From an uncultured Gemmatimonadales bacterium (GTDB taxonomy: Bacteria; Gemmatimonadota; Gemmatimonadetes; Gemmatimonadales; GWC2-71-9): a stretch of 64,000 nucleotides of DNA. The stretch's first letter is position 1; each line of letters opens with the position of its first letter. Under the pieces are notes generated by a model. That model was given only the letters and a program-made list of their open reading frames with translations, made no database searches and was not told the DNA's origin. Position numbers and translations under genes: made by a program. The DNA lies in NCBI GenBank assembly GCA_963779755.1, contig CAVZZO010000001.1:2176001-2240000 (forward strand), in the 5' to 3' direction. This document shows positions 47,840-57,633 of this stretch, in pieces.

Positions 47840-49276
47840 TCATGCCAGATTCACCCACACCGTCTTCACCTCGGTGTAGCCGTCGAGTGCTACCCGGCCC
47901 AGGTCGCGGCCGAAGCCCGACTGCTTGTAGCCGCCGAAGGGAGCGGCCGGGTCGTAGATGTTGTAGGTGTTGATCCAGACGGTGCCGGCCTTGACCGCCC
48001 GGGCCAGCCGGTGGGCCTTGCCGATGTCGCGGGTCCAGATGCCGGCGGCCAGCCCGTACATGGACTGATTGGCCAGGTGCGCGGCCTCATCGAAATCGTC
48101 GAAGGGGAGCACCGCCAGCACCGGGCCGAAGATTTCTTCCCGCGCGATGGTCATCTCCGGCGTGACCCCGTCGAAGATGGTGGCCTCGACGTAGTAGCCC
48201 TTGCCGTTCACCTGGGCCGCCTTGCCGCCGGCCACCAGGCTGGCGCCTTCCGCTGTGCCCTTCGCCACGTAGCCGAGCACCGTCTCCTGCTGCTTCTTCG
48301 AGACCAGCGCCCCCAGGCGGGTATTCTTGTCGAAGGGATCGCCGGGGGTGAGCTTCTTCGCCCGGGCCGCCAGCTGTTCCACCACCTGGTCCTTGACCGA
48401 GCGCTCTACCAGCAGCCGGCTGCCGGCGGCGCAGACCTCGCCCTTGCCGTAGAAGATCCCGGTCTGGGCCCCGCGCACCGCCGCGCCCAGATCCGCATCG
48501 GCGAAGACCACATTGGGACTCTTGCCGCCCAGCTCGAGCGTGATCCGCTTCACGGTGTCGGCGGCGTCGCGCATGATGCGCTTGCCGACCTCCGTGCTGC
48601 CGGTGAAGGAGATCTTGTCCACCGCGGGGTGCTTCACCAGCGCCGAGCCGGCCACCGAGCCCTGGCCCGGCACCACGTTGAGCGCCCCGGCGGGGAAGCC
48701 GGCGTCGAGCATCACCCGGCCCAGGGCCAGCGCGGTGAGCGGCGTTTCGGTGGCCGGCTTGAGCACCACGGTGCAGCCGGCCGCCAGCGCCGGCGCCACC
48801 TTCCACATGGCCAGATTGAGCGGGAAGTTCCAGGGAACGATCGCTCCCACCACGCCCACCGGCTCCCGCAACGTATAGGTGAAGAAGGGGCCGTCCACCG
48901 GCACCGTCTCGCCGCCCAGCTTGTCGCTCCAGCCGGCATAGTAGCGCAGCGTGTCCACCGACATCCCGACGTCGATTTTCGATTCGAAGAAGGGCTTGCC
49001 GTTCTGCCGCGATTCGATGGTCGCGATGTCGTTCTTCCGTTCCTCCAGCAGGTCGGCGGCCCGGGCCAGCAGCCGGCCGCGCTGGCGGGGCGACATCTTC
49101 TGCCAGTCGGCGGAATCGAAACAGGTACGGGCCGCCTCCACCGCGGCGGCCACGTCCTCCGGACCGGCCAGCGCCGGCTCGGCCAGCACTTCTTCGGTGG
49201 CGGGGTTCACCACGGAGAAGCGCTTGCCGGAGGCTGCGGGCTGGAAACGGTTTGCTATAAAGAGATCGGTCTCCAT
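47840..49276 (-). CDS. Aldehyde dehydrogenase
   Basis: [37 protein letters not shown]. Confidence 0.95.
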   Translation of the reverse strand: METDLFIANRFQPAASGKRFSVVNPATEEVLAEPALAGPEDVAAAVEAARTCFDSADWQKMSPRQRGRLLARAADLLEERKNDIATIESRQNGKPFFESKIDVGMSVDTLRYYAGWSDKLGGETVPVDGPFFTYTLREPVGVVGAIVPWNFPLNLAMWKVAPALAAGCTVVLKPATETPLTALALGRVMLDAGFPAGALNVVPGQGSVAGSALVKHPAVDKISFTGSTEVGKRIMRDAADTVKRITLELGGKSPNVVFADADLGAAVRGAQTGIFYGKGEVCAAGSRLLVERSVKDQVVEQLAARAKKLTPGDPFDKNTRLGALVSKKQQETVLGYVAKGTAEGASLVAGGKAAQVNGKGYYVEATIFDGVTPEMTIAREEIFGPVLAVLPFDDFDEAAHLANQSMYGLAAGIWTRDIGKAHRLARAVKAGTVWINTYNIYDPAAPFGGYKQSGFGRDLGRVALDGYTEVKTVWVNLA

Positions 49277-49292
49277 CGCTCGATTTCGTAAT

Positions 49293-49380
49293 GGTGAGCG
49301 GTGAGGAGTGAGCGGTAAGCGGGGTGGTGAGCGGGGGAGGGCCCGCTCACCGCTTACCGGTTACCGCTCACCGTCTTACC
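49293..49380. repeat. Inverted heptamer arrays (GTGAGCG / CGCTYAC)
   Basis: Same family as 41661-41755; both contain GGGCCCGCTCACCG. Confidence 0.85.
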
Positions 49381-50206
49381 GTGCCTTGAAGGTCGCCATC
49401 CGCTTCTCCACGTAGGCCGCCAGGCCTTCCTTGGCATCCTCCGACTGGAAGAGCTGCTGCTGCAGCTCGCGCTCGATGGCGAGCGAGCTCTCGAAGGGCA
49501 CCTCGAGGCCCGACTGCACCGCCCGCTTGATGAGTCCTACGGCCTTGGAGGCCTTGTGCGGCGGGCAGAACTGCCGGGCATAGAGCTGGATGTTTTCCCA
49601 CCAGTTGTCCGGGTCGAACACCTTGTTGATCACGCCCAGCTCCTCGGCGGTCTCGAAGGAGAAGGTCTCGCCGGTTGCCATGAGTTCGATCGCCCTGGAC
49701 TTGCCCACCAGCCGGCAGAGCCGCTGGGTCCCGCCGGTCCCGGGCAGCACGCCCAGATTCACCTCGGGCAGGCCGATCTTGCCGGCGTTGCGCTTCGCCA
49801 CCCGGATGTCGCAGGCCATGGCGATCTCCAGCCCGCCGCCCACGGTGTGGCCGTTCAGGGCCGCGATGGTGAGCTTCGGCGTCTGCTCCAGCCGGTTCAG
49901 CGTCTCGTTGGCGTGGAGGCAGAAGAAGTATTTGAAGCGCGGCGTCACCGTGTTGAGCATCTGGATGTTGGCGCCGGCGGAGAAGAACTTCTCGCCGTGG
50001 CCGCGGAGCACGATGACATGCGCGTCATCGGCCATGCGCGCGTCGAGGATGGCCGCGTCGAGCTGGCGCATCATCTCGTAGGTGTAGGTGTTGGCCGGGG
50101 GATCGTTCAGGGTGATGATGGCGAGGCCGTCCTGCACCTCGTAGTTCACCAGCACCTTGTCGGTCGGCGCCGGGGCGCCGGGGCGGGGAGCCATGGTTGT
50201 TGCCAC
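49376..50206 (-). CDS. Enoyl-CoA hydratase/isomerase family protein
   Basis: FFSAGANI, GGGLEIAMACD, GLPEVNLGVLPGTGGTQRL. Confidence 0.9.
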   Translation of the reverse strand: MATTMAPRPGAPAPTDKVLVNYEVQDGLAIITLNDPPANTYTYEMMRQLDAAILDARMADDAHVIVLRGHGEKFFSAGANIQMLNTVTPRFKYFFCLHANETLNRLEQTPKLTIAALNGHTVGGGLEIAMACDIRVAKRNAGKIGLPEVNLGVLPGTGGTQRLCRLVGKSRAIELMATGETFSFETAEELGVINKVFDPDNWWENIQLYARQFCPPHKASKAVGLIKRAVQSGLEVPFESSLAIERELQQQLFQSEDAKEGLAAYVEKRMATFKAR

Positions 50207-50211
50207 GATTG

Positions 50212-50820
50212 CTATCCTCCGTGCGAGACGGCCAGGGCGGCGGCCGTCTGAGTGGTGGGTTGCAGGAATCCCGCAAGAAAGAGCTGCGCCATGCCGTCGG
50301 CCAGGCGCTCCGGGGACAGGCGGCCCCCGGGGTGGTACCAGGTGTAGATCCAGTTCATCATGCCGAAAAGCGCGTAGGCGGCCAGCTCCCGGTCGACATC
50401 GACGCCGGGAACCTCTCCCAGCAGTTCCAGCAGGAGATCGACATACTCCCGCTTGCGCCGGCGGATCTGGGCCCGCATCGTCCCGTCCAGTTCGTCCTCC
50501 TCGTGCGACAGCACCTTCATCTCCGCCATATGCGCGGTGAAGAACTCCACATGATGACGGATGAAACCGCGCAGCCGTTCCACCGGGTCGCTCGCTCCGG
50601 CCACCGCCTCCCGCGCCCCGGTAATGACCTGGGCGAAGCAGCGGTCCTGGATGAGAAACAGGAGCTCGGTCTTGCTGCTCACATAGTGGTACATGCCGGC
50701 CAGGCTCATGCCGCTGGCCCGGGCCAGCGCCCGCATGGACGTGCCCTGAAAGCCCTGGTCGGCAAAGACCCGGACCGAGGCCGTCAGCAGCTTCTGGAGA
50801 CGTTCGTCAAAAGGTTCCAT
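50212..50820 (-). CDS. TetR/AcrR family regulator (PaaR/KstR2-like)
   Basis: N-terminal HTH FADQGFQGTSMRALARASGMSLAGMYHY; GMMNWIYTWY. Confidence 0.92.
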   Translation of the reverse strand: MEPFDERLQKLLTASVRVFADQGFQGTSMRALARASGMSLAGMYHYVSSKTELLFLIQDRCFAQVITGAREAVAGASDPVERLRGFIRHHVEFFTAHMAEMKVLSHEEDELDGTMRAQIRRRKREYVDLLLELLGEVPGVDVDRELAAYALFGMMNWIYTWYHPGGRLSPERLADGMAQLFLAGFLQPTTQTAAALAVSHGG

Positions 50821-50832
50821 TTCCTGCCCGTC

Positions 50833-50846
50833 CGAACGTTCGTTCG
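50833..50846. promoter_or_regulatory. Putative TetR (PaaR-type) operator
   Basis: CGAACG-TT-CGTTCG palindrome 12 nt upstream of the TetR start. Confidence 0.7.
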
Positions 50847-50905
50847 AACGCAACCTACTGCCGCCCCAAGGGCTGGGTCAACCGCCGGGCGTCCGGGGAG
50901 TTAAC

Positions 50906-51487
50906 ATGGAGCGTGGCCCCACGTCCCTCTCCCTGCCCATGAGCGCTCTTGCCCGGCCGGACCCGGTCCTCGACGCCGCGCTGGTCGCCGCCTGCCGGGG
51001 CGGTGACCAGCGGGCGGCCGCCCAGCTGGTCGAGGCCCATGCCCCTGCCGTGGGCCGCTTTCTCTACAGCGCGGGCGCCGCTCCGGCGGACATCGAAGAT
51101 CTGGTGCAGGAGGCGTTCTTTCGTGCCTTTCGGCGGCTCGAGACGTGGCGGGCCGAGGCATCCTTCCGGGCCTGGTTGTTCAGCATTGCCGGCAACCTGC
51201 TCAAGGACCAGTTCCGCCGGGCGCGCGGCCGGCGGTTCCTGCCGCTGGAGGATCGTGACCTCCCCGATCGCCGCGACCCCGCGGCCACCCTGGAGGCCAC
51301 GGAGGCGGCGAAGCGGTTGCGGGAAGAGCTGGCGCGTCTGCCCCGGCTGCAGCGGGAGGTGTTCCTGCTGCGGGTCCAGGAGGGTTCGGATTACACCGCC
51401 ATCGCGGCGGCGCTGGGGACCACGCCGGGGGCGGCGCGGGTGCACTATCACCATGCGGTCAAGCGATTGAAGGAGCACCTGGCATGA
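50906..51487 (+). CDS. ECF RNA polymerase sigma factor (start may be 50939)
   Basis: EDLVQEAF, SFRAWLFSIAGN, LPRLQREVFLL, region 4 HTH. Confidence 0.92.
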   Translation: MERGPTSLSLPMSALARPDPVLDAALVAACRGGDQRAAAQLVEAHAPAVGRFLYSAGAAPADIEDLVQEAFFRAFRRLETWRAEASFRAWLFSIAGNLLKDQFRRARGRRFLPLEDRDLPDRRDPAATLEATEAAKRLREELARLPRLQREVFLLRVQEGSDYTAIAAALGTTPGAARVHYHHAVKRLKEHLA

Positions 51488-52017
51488 CCACCTGTGAACA
51501 GCTGTCCGATCGGATGCCCGCGGTGGCGCGCGGCCAGTCGGCCTGGACCCCCGGGGAGCGGATGCATCTGGAGGCCTGCCCCGGGTGCCGCCGGGAGTGG
51601 GAACTGGTCCGGCTGACGGCGGGGTTGGGGCGGGAGTGGGAAACCAGGATCGACGGCGCCCGGATGGCCCGGGCGGTGAGCGCCCGGCTTGCCCGGGAGG
51701 GCCGGCGCCACCAGCACCGGCGGCGCTGGACCTGGAGCGGGGTGGCCGCCCTGGCGGCTGCCGCGGCCCTGGCACTGGTGTTCCGGGCTCCCTGGCGGCC
51801 CCGGGCCCTTCCCGCGCGCACCGGTCCGGTGGCCGCCGCCTCGGGGGAGTTTGTCATTCCGGTTGCCGGGATCGACAGCCTGAGCGCCGATCAACTCGAA
51901 AGCGTGCTCGAAACGATGGACGTACCGCTCATCAGCACGACGTCCGTGGAGGCGCCGTCGCTGCAGGAACTGGATGATCAACAGCTCGAGCGGGTACTCC
52001 GCTCCCTGGAGGGATGA
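51484..52017 (+). CDS. Zinc-finger (ZAS) anti-sigma factor
   Basis: HLEACPGC (HxxxCxxC), single TM helix, coupled to the ECF gene. Confidence 0.8.
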   Translation: MTTCEQLSDRMPAVARGQSAWTPGERMHLEACPGCRREWELVRLTAGLGREWETRIDGARMARAVSARLAREGRRHQHRRRWTWSGVAALAAAAALALVFRAPWRPRALPARTGPVAAASGEFVIPVAGIDSLSADQLESVLETMDVPLISTTSVEAPSLQELDDQQLERVLRSLEG

Positions 52018-52532
52018 TGCGCGTATTCTGGTGTGCCGCGGCGACGGCCGCGCTGCTCGTGGCTCTTCCCCGGCCCAGCCTGGCCCAGCAGCCGGCGGGC
52101 CGGGCCGATTCGCTGCGACAGCTGATTCAGGAACGATTCGCCCGGACGGTGCAGGAGCAATTGGGACTCAGCGACGAGCAGGGCCGCCGGCTGCGGGAGA
52201 CGGCGTTCACCTGGTTCGCCCGGCGGCGGAACCTGGGACTGGAAGAGCACGATCTCAAGCAGGCGCTGGCCGGTCAGCTCCGCCCCGGAGTCGCCGCCGA
52301 CCAGGACAGCGTCTCGCAGCTGCTGAGCCGGCTGCTGGATCTCAAGGTGCGGCAGGTGGAAACCTACCGCGACGAAATGAAAGACCTGAGCTTTCTCACC
52401 CCGGTTCAGCGGGCCCAGTTCTTCGCCATGCGCGAGCGGCTGATGGAGCGGGTGCAGGACGTGCAGGGCCGCATGCAGCAGCGGCAGGAGCTGCGGGGAG
52501 CGAGACCGGGGGTGCGGGGGAGACAACCGTAG
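52014..52532 (+). CDS. Periplasmic Spy/CpxP-like helical protein
   Basis: Signal peptide; LGLSDEQ and LTPVQ motifs. Confidence 0.7.
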   Translation: MMRVFWCAAATAALLVALPRPSLAQQPAGRADSLRQLIQERFARTVQEQLGLSDEQGRRLRETAFTWFARRRNLGLEEHDLKQALAGQLRPGVAADQDSVSQLLSRLLDLKVRQVETYRDEMKDLSFLTPVQRAQFFAMRERLMERVQDVQGRMQQRQELRGARPGVRGRQP

Positions 52533-52537
52533 CTGCG

Positions 52538-52680
52538 GGAAACGGGAATAGGGAAAGGGGAACCGGGTGCACTGTGATATTCCCGTTCCCCGTTCCCCGT
52601 TCCCCGTTCCCTTTTCCCGTTTCCCTTCTCGGTCTTCCCCCCCTCGGTCCTTCCCAGTAGTTTCTCCCCATTCCCTTTTC
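52538..52680. repeat. Inverted heptamer arrays (GGGAAMN / CGTTCCC)
   Basis: gggaaac gggaata gggaaag gggaacc ... cgttccc x4. Confidence 0.85.
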
Positions 52681-52692
52681 TGCGGAGTTCCC

Positions 52693-53448
52693 ATGGGACG
52701 AGTGGGTCTCCTGACCCCCGCCGTCCTGTTGCTTGTTCCGGGCTGGCGGCTGTTCGCCCTGGACATCACCTGGATCGAGCCGGTCGTGCGGTTCCTCTCC
52801 AGCCCGGTCATCGCGCCCCTTCTGCTCGCGATCGGCGTGCTGGGTCTGCTGTTCGAAATGAAGGCCGGCGCCTTCGGCCTGGGCGGGCTGGTGAGCCTGG
52901 TGGCGCTGGCCATCTTCTTCGGCGCCCATGTGCTGGTGGGGCTGGCGGGCTGGGGCGACGTCCTGCTGCTCATGGGCGGCCTCATGTTCATCGCGCTCGA
53001 GATGTTCGTACTGCCCGGTTTCGGGGTGGCCGGCATCCTGGGCATGTTGATGGTGGGGGCCTCCATCGTCCTGGCCATGGTCGGCTCCGTCCCCACCACC
53101 GGCGACATCCTCCAGGCGCTGGCGGTGCTGGGCGTGGCGCTGGTGCTCACCAGTACCGTGGTCTATACCTGGCTCCGGCATCTGCCCAACAGCACCCGGT
53201 TTCGCGGCCTGCTGCTCGACACCAGCCTGCATTCCGACCAGGGCTACGTCTCGGCGCTGCCCCGCCCGGAACTGATCGGCAAGGATGGCGTGGCGGTCAC
53301 CGATCTGCGACCCTCCGGCACCGTGCTGCTGGGCGACGAACGCATCGACGCCGTGAGCGAAGACGGCTACATCCGGGCGGGCGCCGCCGTCCGGGTCACC
53401 CGGGCGGAGGGCTACCGCCACGTGGTCCGCGCGATTCCCAACGCCTGA
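52693..53448 (+). CDS. NfeD family membrane protein (no N-terminal protease domain)
   Basis: LEMFVLPGFGVAGILG, C-terminal OB fold GVAVTDLRPSG..RIDAVSE. Confidence 0.88.
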   Translation: MGRVGLLTPAVLLLVPGWRLFALDITWIEPVVRFLSSPVIAPLLLAIGVLGLLFEMKAGAFGLGGLVSLVALAIFFGAHVLVGLAGWGDVLLLMGGLMFIALEMFVLPGFGVAGILGMLMVGASIVLAMVGSVPTTGDILQALAVLGVALVLTSTVVYTWLRHLPNSTRFRGLLLDTSLHSDQGYVSALPRPELIGKDGVAVTDLRPSGTVLLGDERIDAVSEDGYIRAGAAVRVTRAEGYRHVVRAIPNA

Positions 53449-53587
53449 TTGTCCCGGTGAGTCAGGGTTTGAAGCGGGCTCCGGCCGGCTGGGGAGAAAC
53501 TGCTGACCGCGAAGACGCGAAGGACGTTCTGACCGGCACGAGACCCGGAAGCGCCATTTTATACTTCTCCAGACTGAGGCGGACATC

Positions 53588-54595
53588 GTGAACGACCTGT
53601 CGCAATTAGGGGGACCGCTCCTGCTGGTCCTGCTGGTCATCGGGGTTTTCATCCTGATGATCTTCTTCCGGTTCGTCCCCGTCGGCCTCTGGATCACCGC
53701 CCTCGCGTCCGAAGTGCACGTGCGCTTCACCACGCTCATCGGAATGCGGCTGCGCAAGGTCAACCCGCGCGCCATTGTGAACCCGCTGATCAATGCGTCG
53801 AAAGCCGGCCTGCATCTGCCCATCAACGACCTGGAGGCACATTATCTGGCCGGCGGCAGCGTCGAGCGAGTGGTCCGCGCGCTGATCTCTGCGGGCAAGG
53901 CCGGCATTGCCCTCGACCTGAAGCAGGCGACCGCGATCGACCTGGCCGGCCGCGACGTGTTCGAGGCGGTGCAGGTGAGCGTTAATCCCAAGGTGATCAC
54001 CACGCCCAAGGTGGCCGCCATGGCCAAGGACGGGATCCAGCTCCTCGCGCTGGCGCGGGTCACCGTGCGGGCGAATATCAACCGGCTGGTGGGCGGGGCC
54101 GGCGAGGAAACCATCCTCGCCCGCGTGGGCGAGGGCATCGTCAGTACTATCGGCTCGGCCACCAGCCACAAGGCGGTCCTGGAGAACCCCGATCTCATCT
54201 CCAAGACCGTGCTGGCCAAGGGGCTCGACGCGGGCACCGCGTTCGAAATCCTCTCCATCGACATTGCCGACGTCGACGTGGGCAAGAACATCGGTGCCGA
54301 GCTGCAGACCGACCAGGCGGAGGCCGACAAGCGCATCGCCCAGGCCAAGGCGGAGGAACGGCGCGCCCTGGCGGTGGCCATGGAACAGGAATACAAGGCG
54401 GAGACCCAGCGGCAGCGGGCCAAGCTGATCGAGGCCGAGGCCCAGATTCCGCTGGCCATGTCCGACGCCTTCCGCAGCGGGAACCTGGGCGTCATGGATT
54501 ATCAACGTTACCGGAATCTCGAGGCGGACACCTCCATGCGGCAGAGCATCGCGGGGCAGGGGCAGTCCGGCGGCAACAGCAGCCCGGTGGCCTGA
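53588..54595 (+). CDS. floA: Flotillin-like protein FloA (YqfA/UPF0365)
   Basis: [52 protein letters not shown]. Confidence 0.95.
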   Translation: MNDLSQLGGPLLLVLLVIGVFILMIFFRFVPVGLWITALASEVHVRFTTLIGMRLRKVNPRAIVNPLINASKAGLHLPINDLEAHYLAGGSVERVVRALISAGKAGIALDLKQATAIDLAGRDVFEAVQVSVNPKVITTPKVAAMAKDGIQLLALARVTVRANINRLVGGAGEETILARVGEGIVSTIGSATSHKAVLENPDLISKTVLAKGLDAGTAFEILSIDIADVDVGKNIGAELQTDQAEADKRIAQAKAEERRALAVAMEQEYKAETQRQRAKLIEAEAQIPLAMSDAFRSGNLGVMDYQRYRNLEADTSMRQSIAGQGQSGGNSSPVA

Positions 54596-55137
54596 TGCTG
54601 CCCCCACCGCTGCGGGCCGACGGTTTCGGCCTGATCTTCGCCGTGGCCATGGTGATCGCCTTCATCAACCTGGTGAAGAAGTCGCAGCAGGCTGCTCAGC
54701 AGCAGAAGAACCGCCTGGCCGAGGCGGAGCGCCTGCGCCGGAGGGCGGCCGGGACGGCCGGAGCCCTCACAGCCCGACCCGAGACGAAGCGATCCGGGCT
54801 GCTGGAAGATCTGGAACGGAATCTGGCGCTGCTTACCGGCGCACCGGTCGCTACGACGGTGCCCGCCCGAAGGCCGCCCGGGCGGACGGCCGCGCCCACG
54901 GTCCTGGACCTGGACGAAGAGGCCGAGGACCTGGTGCAGCGGCGCATCGATCAGGCGGAAGCGCGTAACCACGCCATCTCCGATGCTGATTATGCGGCCT
55001 TCGAGAAGAAGATCCGGAAGGTCCAGCAGCCGGTGGCGGTGCCCGTGGCAGCGCCGGCGATCCAGCCGGTGGATCTGCGCCAGGCTATCATCTGGAATGA
55101 AGTGCTGAGTCCGCCCGTCAGCTTGCGCCGGCAGTAG
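54595..55137 (+). CDS. Hypothetical protein (YqfB-like position)
   Basis: N-terminal TM; C-terminal LRQAIIWNEVLSPPVSLR motif. Confidence 0.7.
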   Translation: MLPPPLRADGFGLIFAVAMVIAFINLVKKSQQAAQQQKNRLAEAERLRRRAAGTAGALTARPETKRSGLLEDLERNLALLTGAPVATTVPARRPPGRTAAPTVLDLDEEAEDLVQRRIDQAEARNHAISDADYAAFEKKIRKVQQPVAVPVAAPAIQPVDLRQAIIWNEVLSPPVSLRRQ

Positions 55138-55205
55138 AAGTCGGCCGGAAGGCGAGGGGCTCTACGGCCGACCTGGTACCGCCCGGTAGGCCCAGGTCCG
55201 GTTAG

Positions 55206-55385
55206 AACCGCAGATTACGCAGATTTTTACTGCGGATTTCGCTGATGGCCCCGAAGAGTGGGGAAGCCCCGCGGAACTTCGCGGTTCTCACAAACAAACT
55301 GTTATCTGTTGCTTCCCCTCAGGCAAGTTGTGGAGTGGCGCAGGGAGCCCATACAGAATCTGCGCAATCTGCGTAATCTGCGGTT
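55206..55385. repeat. MITE/REP-like element with perfect 20-bp terminal inverted repeats
   Basis: AACCGCAGATTACGCAGATT (55206-25) / AATCTGCGTAATCTGCGGTT (55366-85). Confidence 0.8.
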
Positions 55386-55450
55386 TCGTACCAGAACTGA
55401 ACGCAGGCACGAAGGCCTGGCGAAGCTCCACCCCCCCCCACGGAGGTCGC

Positions 55451-56008
55451 ATGGTCACCCTGTCCCAGCTGGTTCTGCCGATCGTGCTTTCGGCGGTGCT
55501 CGTCTTCGTGGTCAGCTTCCTGGTGCACATGGTGCTGGGGTATCACAAGTCCGACATGCGGGGGCTGCCCAACGAAGAGGCGGCCCGCCAGGTCCTGGGC
55601 GGCGCCCTGGCGCCGGGCCAGTACGCCATCCCCTACTGCGCGGATATGAAGGCGATGAAAGACCCGGCCATCCAGCAGCGCTGGAAGGAGGGGCCGGTCG
55701 CCGTCCTCACCGTGTTTCGCCCGGGGCCGATGCGCATGGGCGGCATGCTGGTGCAGTGGTTCGTCTACTGCCTGGTCATTTCCTTCTTCGTTGCCTACCT
55801 CACCAGCAGGCTGCTGATCCCCGCCACCGACTACCTCCACGTCTTCCGCGTGGCCGGCACCGTGGCCTGGCTGGGCTATGCCGGGGCCACCATCTCGCAG
55901 GGCATCTGGATGGGACGGCCCTGGTCGACGGTGCTGAAGGACGTCTTCGATGGGCTGCTGTACGGCCTGGTAACGGCGGGGACGTTCGGCTGGCTGTGGC
56001 CGCGGTAG
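55451..56008 (+). CDS. Hypothetical multi-TM membrane protein
   Basis: GGAGG RBS; about 4 hydrophobic helices; GC-rich third positions. Confidence 0.8.
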   Translation: MVTLSQLVLPIVLSAVLVFVVSFLVHMVLGYHKSDMRGLPNEEAARQVLGGALAPGQYAIPYCADMKAMKDPAIQQRWKEGPVAVLTVFRPGPMRMGGMLVQWFVYCLVISFFVAYLTSRLLIPATDYLHVFRVAGTVAWLGYAGATISQGIWMGRPWSTVLKDVFDGLLYGLVTAGTFGWLWPR

Positions 56009-56010
56009 GA

Positions 56011-56046
56011 GGGGCAGGGGGCGAGGCATGCCTCGCCCCCTGCCCC
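56011..56046. repeat. Perfect 36-bp palindrome (REP-like / bidirectional terminator)
   Basis: GGGGCAGGGGGCGAGGCA|TGCCTCGCCCCCTGCCCC between convergent stops. Confidence 0.8.
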
Positions 56047-56059
56047 CGCGTTCCGCTTC

Positions 56060-56626
56060 CTACCCCTCAACACGCCGCTTCCCGTACCGTTCCCGGTACA
56101 TCTCCATCCCCTGCAGAATCGCCGCTCTCGCCGCTTCGGCGCCTTCGAATCCCTTCGTTTCGGTATGCGTCCCCTCCAGGTCCTTGTAGACCTGGAAGAA
56201 GTGCTCGATTTCCCGGAGCGAGTGGGGCGGGACATCCTCCAGTTCGTTGATTCCCTCGGAATAGGGATCGGCGATGGGCACCGCCAGCACCTTCTCGTCC
56301 GCCGCCCCGTGGTCCACCAGGTGAAAGAGGCCGATGGGCCGCGCCTCCACCAGGCAGCCGGGAAAGACCGGGATGGTCATGAGCAGCATGATATCCAGCG
56401 GGTCGCCGTCGTCGCCCAGCGTCCGCGGCAGGAACCCGTAATCGCCCGGGTAGTGCACCGCGCTGTGCAGGATGCGGTCCAGGCGGTAGATCCCCAGCTC
56501 CTTGTCCAGCTCGTACTTGTTGCGCTCGTTGGCCGGGATCTCGATGACGGCGGTGACGACCGATGGCGGCCGCGGGCCGGTGGGGATGTCGTGCCAGGGG
56601 TGGAAGTGGCGGATGGGCGGAGTCAT
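56060..56626 (-). CDS. ppa: Inorganic pyrophosphatase (family I)
   Basis: HPWHD, EIP..RNKYELDK, YPGDYGF, DGDPLD, DEKVLAV, HFFQVYKDLE. Confidence 0.95.
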   Translation of the reverse strand: MTPPIRHFHPWHDIPTGPRPPSVVTAVIEIPANERNKYELDKELGIYRLDRILHSAVHYPGDYGFLPRTLGDDGDPLDIMLLMTIPVFPGCLVEARPIGLFHLVDHGAADEKVLAVPIADPYSEGINELEDVPPHSLREIEHFFQVYKDLEGTHTETKGFEGAEAARAAILQGMEMYRERYGKRRVEG

Positions 56627-56631
56627 TGATT

Positions 56632-56750
56632 GGTCGAGGGGGTCGAGGGGGTCGAGGGGGTCGAGGTCGACGGTCAAAGATATCCTCCGGACCGCCGGAC
56701 CGCCGGACCGCCGGACCGCCTGACCGCCTGACGGCCCTGACGGCCCTGAG
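56632..56750. repeat. 9-mer (GGTCGAGGG) and 8-mer (CCGGACCG/CCTGACCG) tandem arrays
   Basis: Directly visible between divergent genes. Confidence 0.85.
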
Positions 56751-56824
56751 CCTTCCTTCACCTGCCCTTCAGTTCCGCTTTTCATCCTTCCTGCCACAAT
56801 GATACCGGAACAGGGGAGGGGTAT

Positions 56825-57319
56825 ATGACACCCAAACGGGCGCGTATCATCGCCGAGGGGGTGGTGGCCGGCATCCTGGGCCACCTCGGCATTGCCCTGA
56901 CACTCATGATCGCGGATCTGGCGGCCGGTCGCTGGATCCTCTTCACCCCGGCCCTGCTCGGCAGCGTCCTGCTGGAGGGGGCTCGGGACGTCACCCAGGT
57001 CTCGCTCCGGGCCGAGCCGGTGCTGGCCTACTCGAGCATCCACCTGGTGGTGATGATCGGGTTCGGGCTGATCGCCAGCCTGCTCATCCACCTGAGCGAG
57101 CGGCGGCCCATTCTCTGGCTGGGCACGCTGTTTCTCTTCCTTTTCGTTGCCTGGCATCTGACCGGAGCGGTGCTGACGCTGCTGGGGCCGGTGCAGGGGG
57201 ATCTGTCGCCGGGATGGGTGCTGGTGGCCTCCGGCGTCGGTGCCGGCGCCATGGCCGCCTACCTGTGGCGCGAGCACGCGGGCCTGGTGCGGCGGCTCCG
57301 AGGGGAACGGTTCGCCTGA
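56825..57319 (+). CDS. Hypothetical membrane protein
   Basis: GGAGGG RBS; 4 TM segments. Confidence 0.75.
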   Translation: MTPKRARIIAEGVVAGILGHLGIALTLMIADLAAGRWILFTPALLGSVLLEGARDVTQVSLRAEPVLAYSSIHLVVMIGFGLIASLLIHLSERRPILWLGTLFLFLFVAWHLTGAVLTLLGPVQGDLSPGWVLVASGVGAGAMAAYLWREHAGLVRRLRGERFA

Positions 57320-57372
57320 TCGCTTTGCGTTGCTTGCTTCCAGGGTCCGCCGGGGCGAAACTTCCCGTCCTG

Positions 57373-57457
57373 GCCCGAGTGGCGGAATGGCAGACGCAGT
57401 GGACTCAAAATCCACCGGGGAGCGATCCCCGTGCGAGTTCGACTCTCGCCTCGGGCA
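57373..57457 (+). tRNA. tRNA-Leu (CAA); CCA not encoded
   Basis: GCCCGAG/CTCGGGC acceptor stem, GTGGA-CTCAAAA-TCCAC anticodon arm, long variable arm, GTTCGAC T-loop. Confidence 0.96.
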
Positions 57458-57604
57458 TGCTTCACCCTCTCCGTTTTTTGGCAACATTCCAACCCAGCCG
57501 TCGCACCTCTTTCCCCAGCCGGGGCGTTCGGTTTGCGCACTCCAACGCTGGATGCTCTCGGGCTCGACCGGCAGGTCATCCTGAAAACGGACTGAATAAA
57601 AACC

Positions 57605-57633
57605 TTGACTGTATCTAGAAGTCTAGGTATCGT
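57605..57633 (+). promoter_or_regulatory. sigma70 promoter with internal palindrome; likely leaderless fur transcript
   Basis: TTGACT-N17-TATCGT, 7 nt before the ATG; CTAGA-AG-TCTAG inverted repeat in the spacer. Confidence 0.7.
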
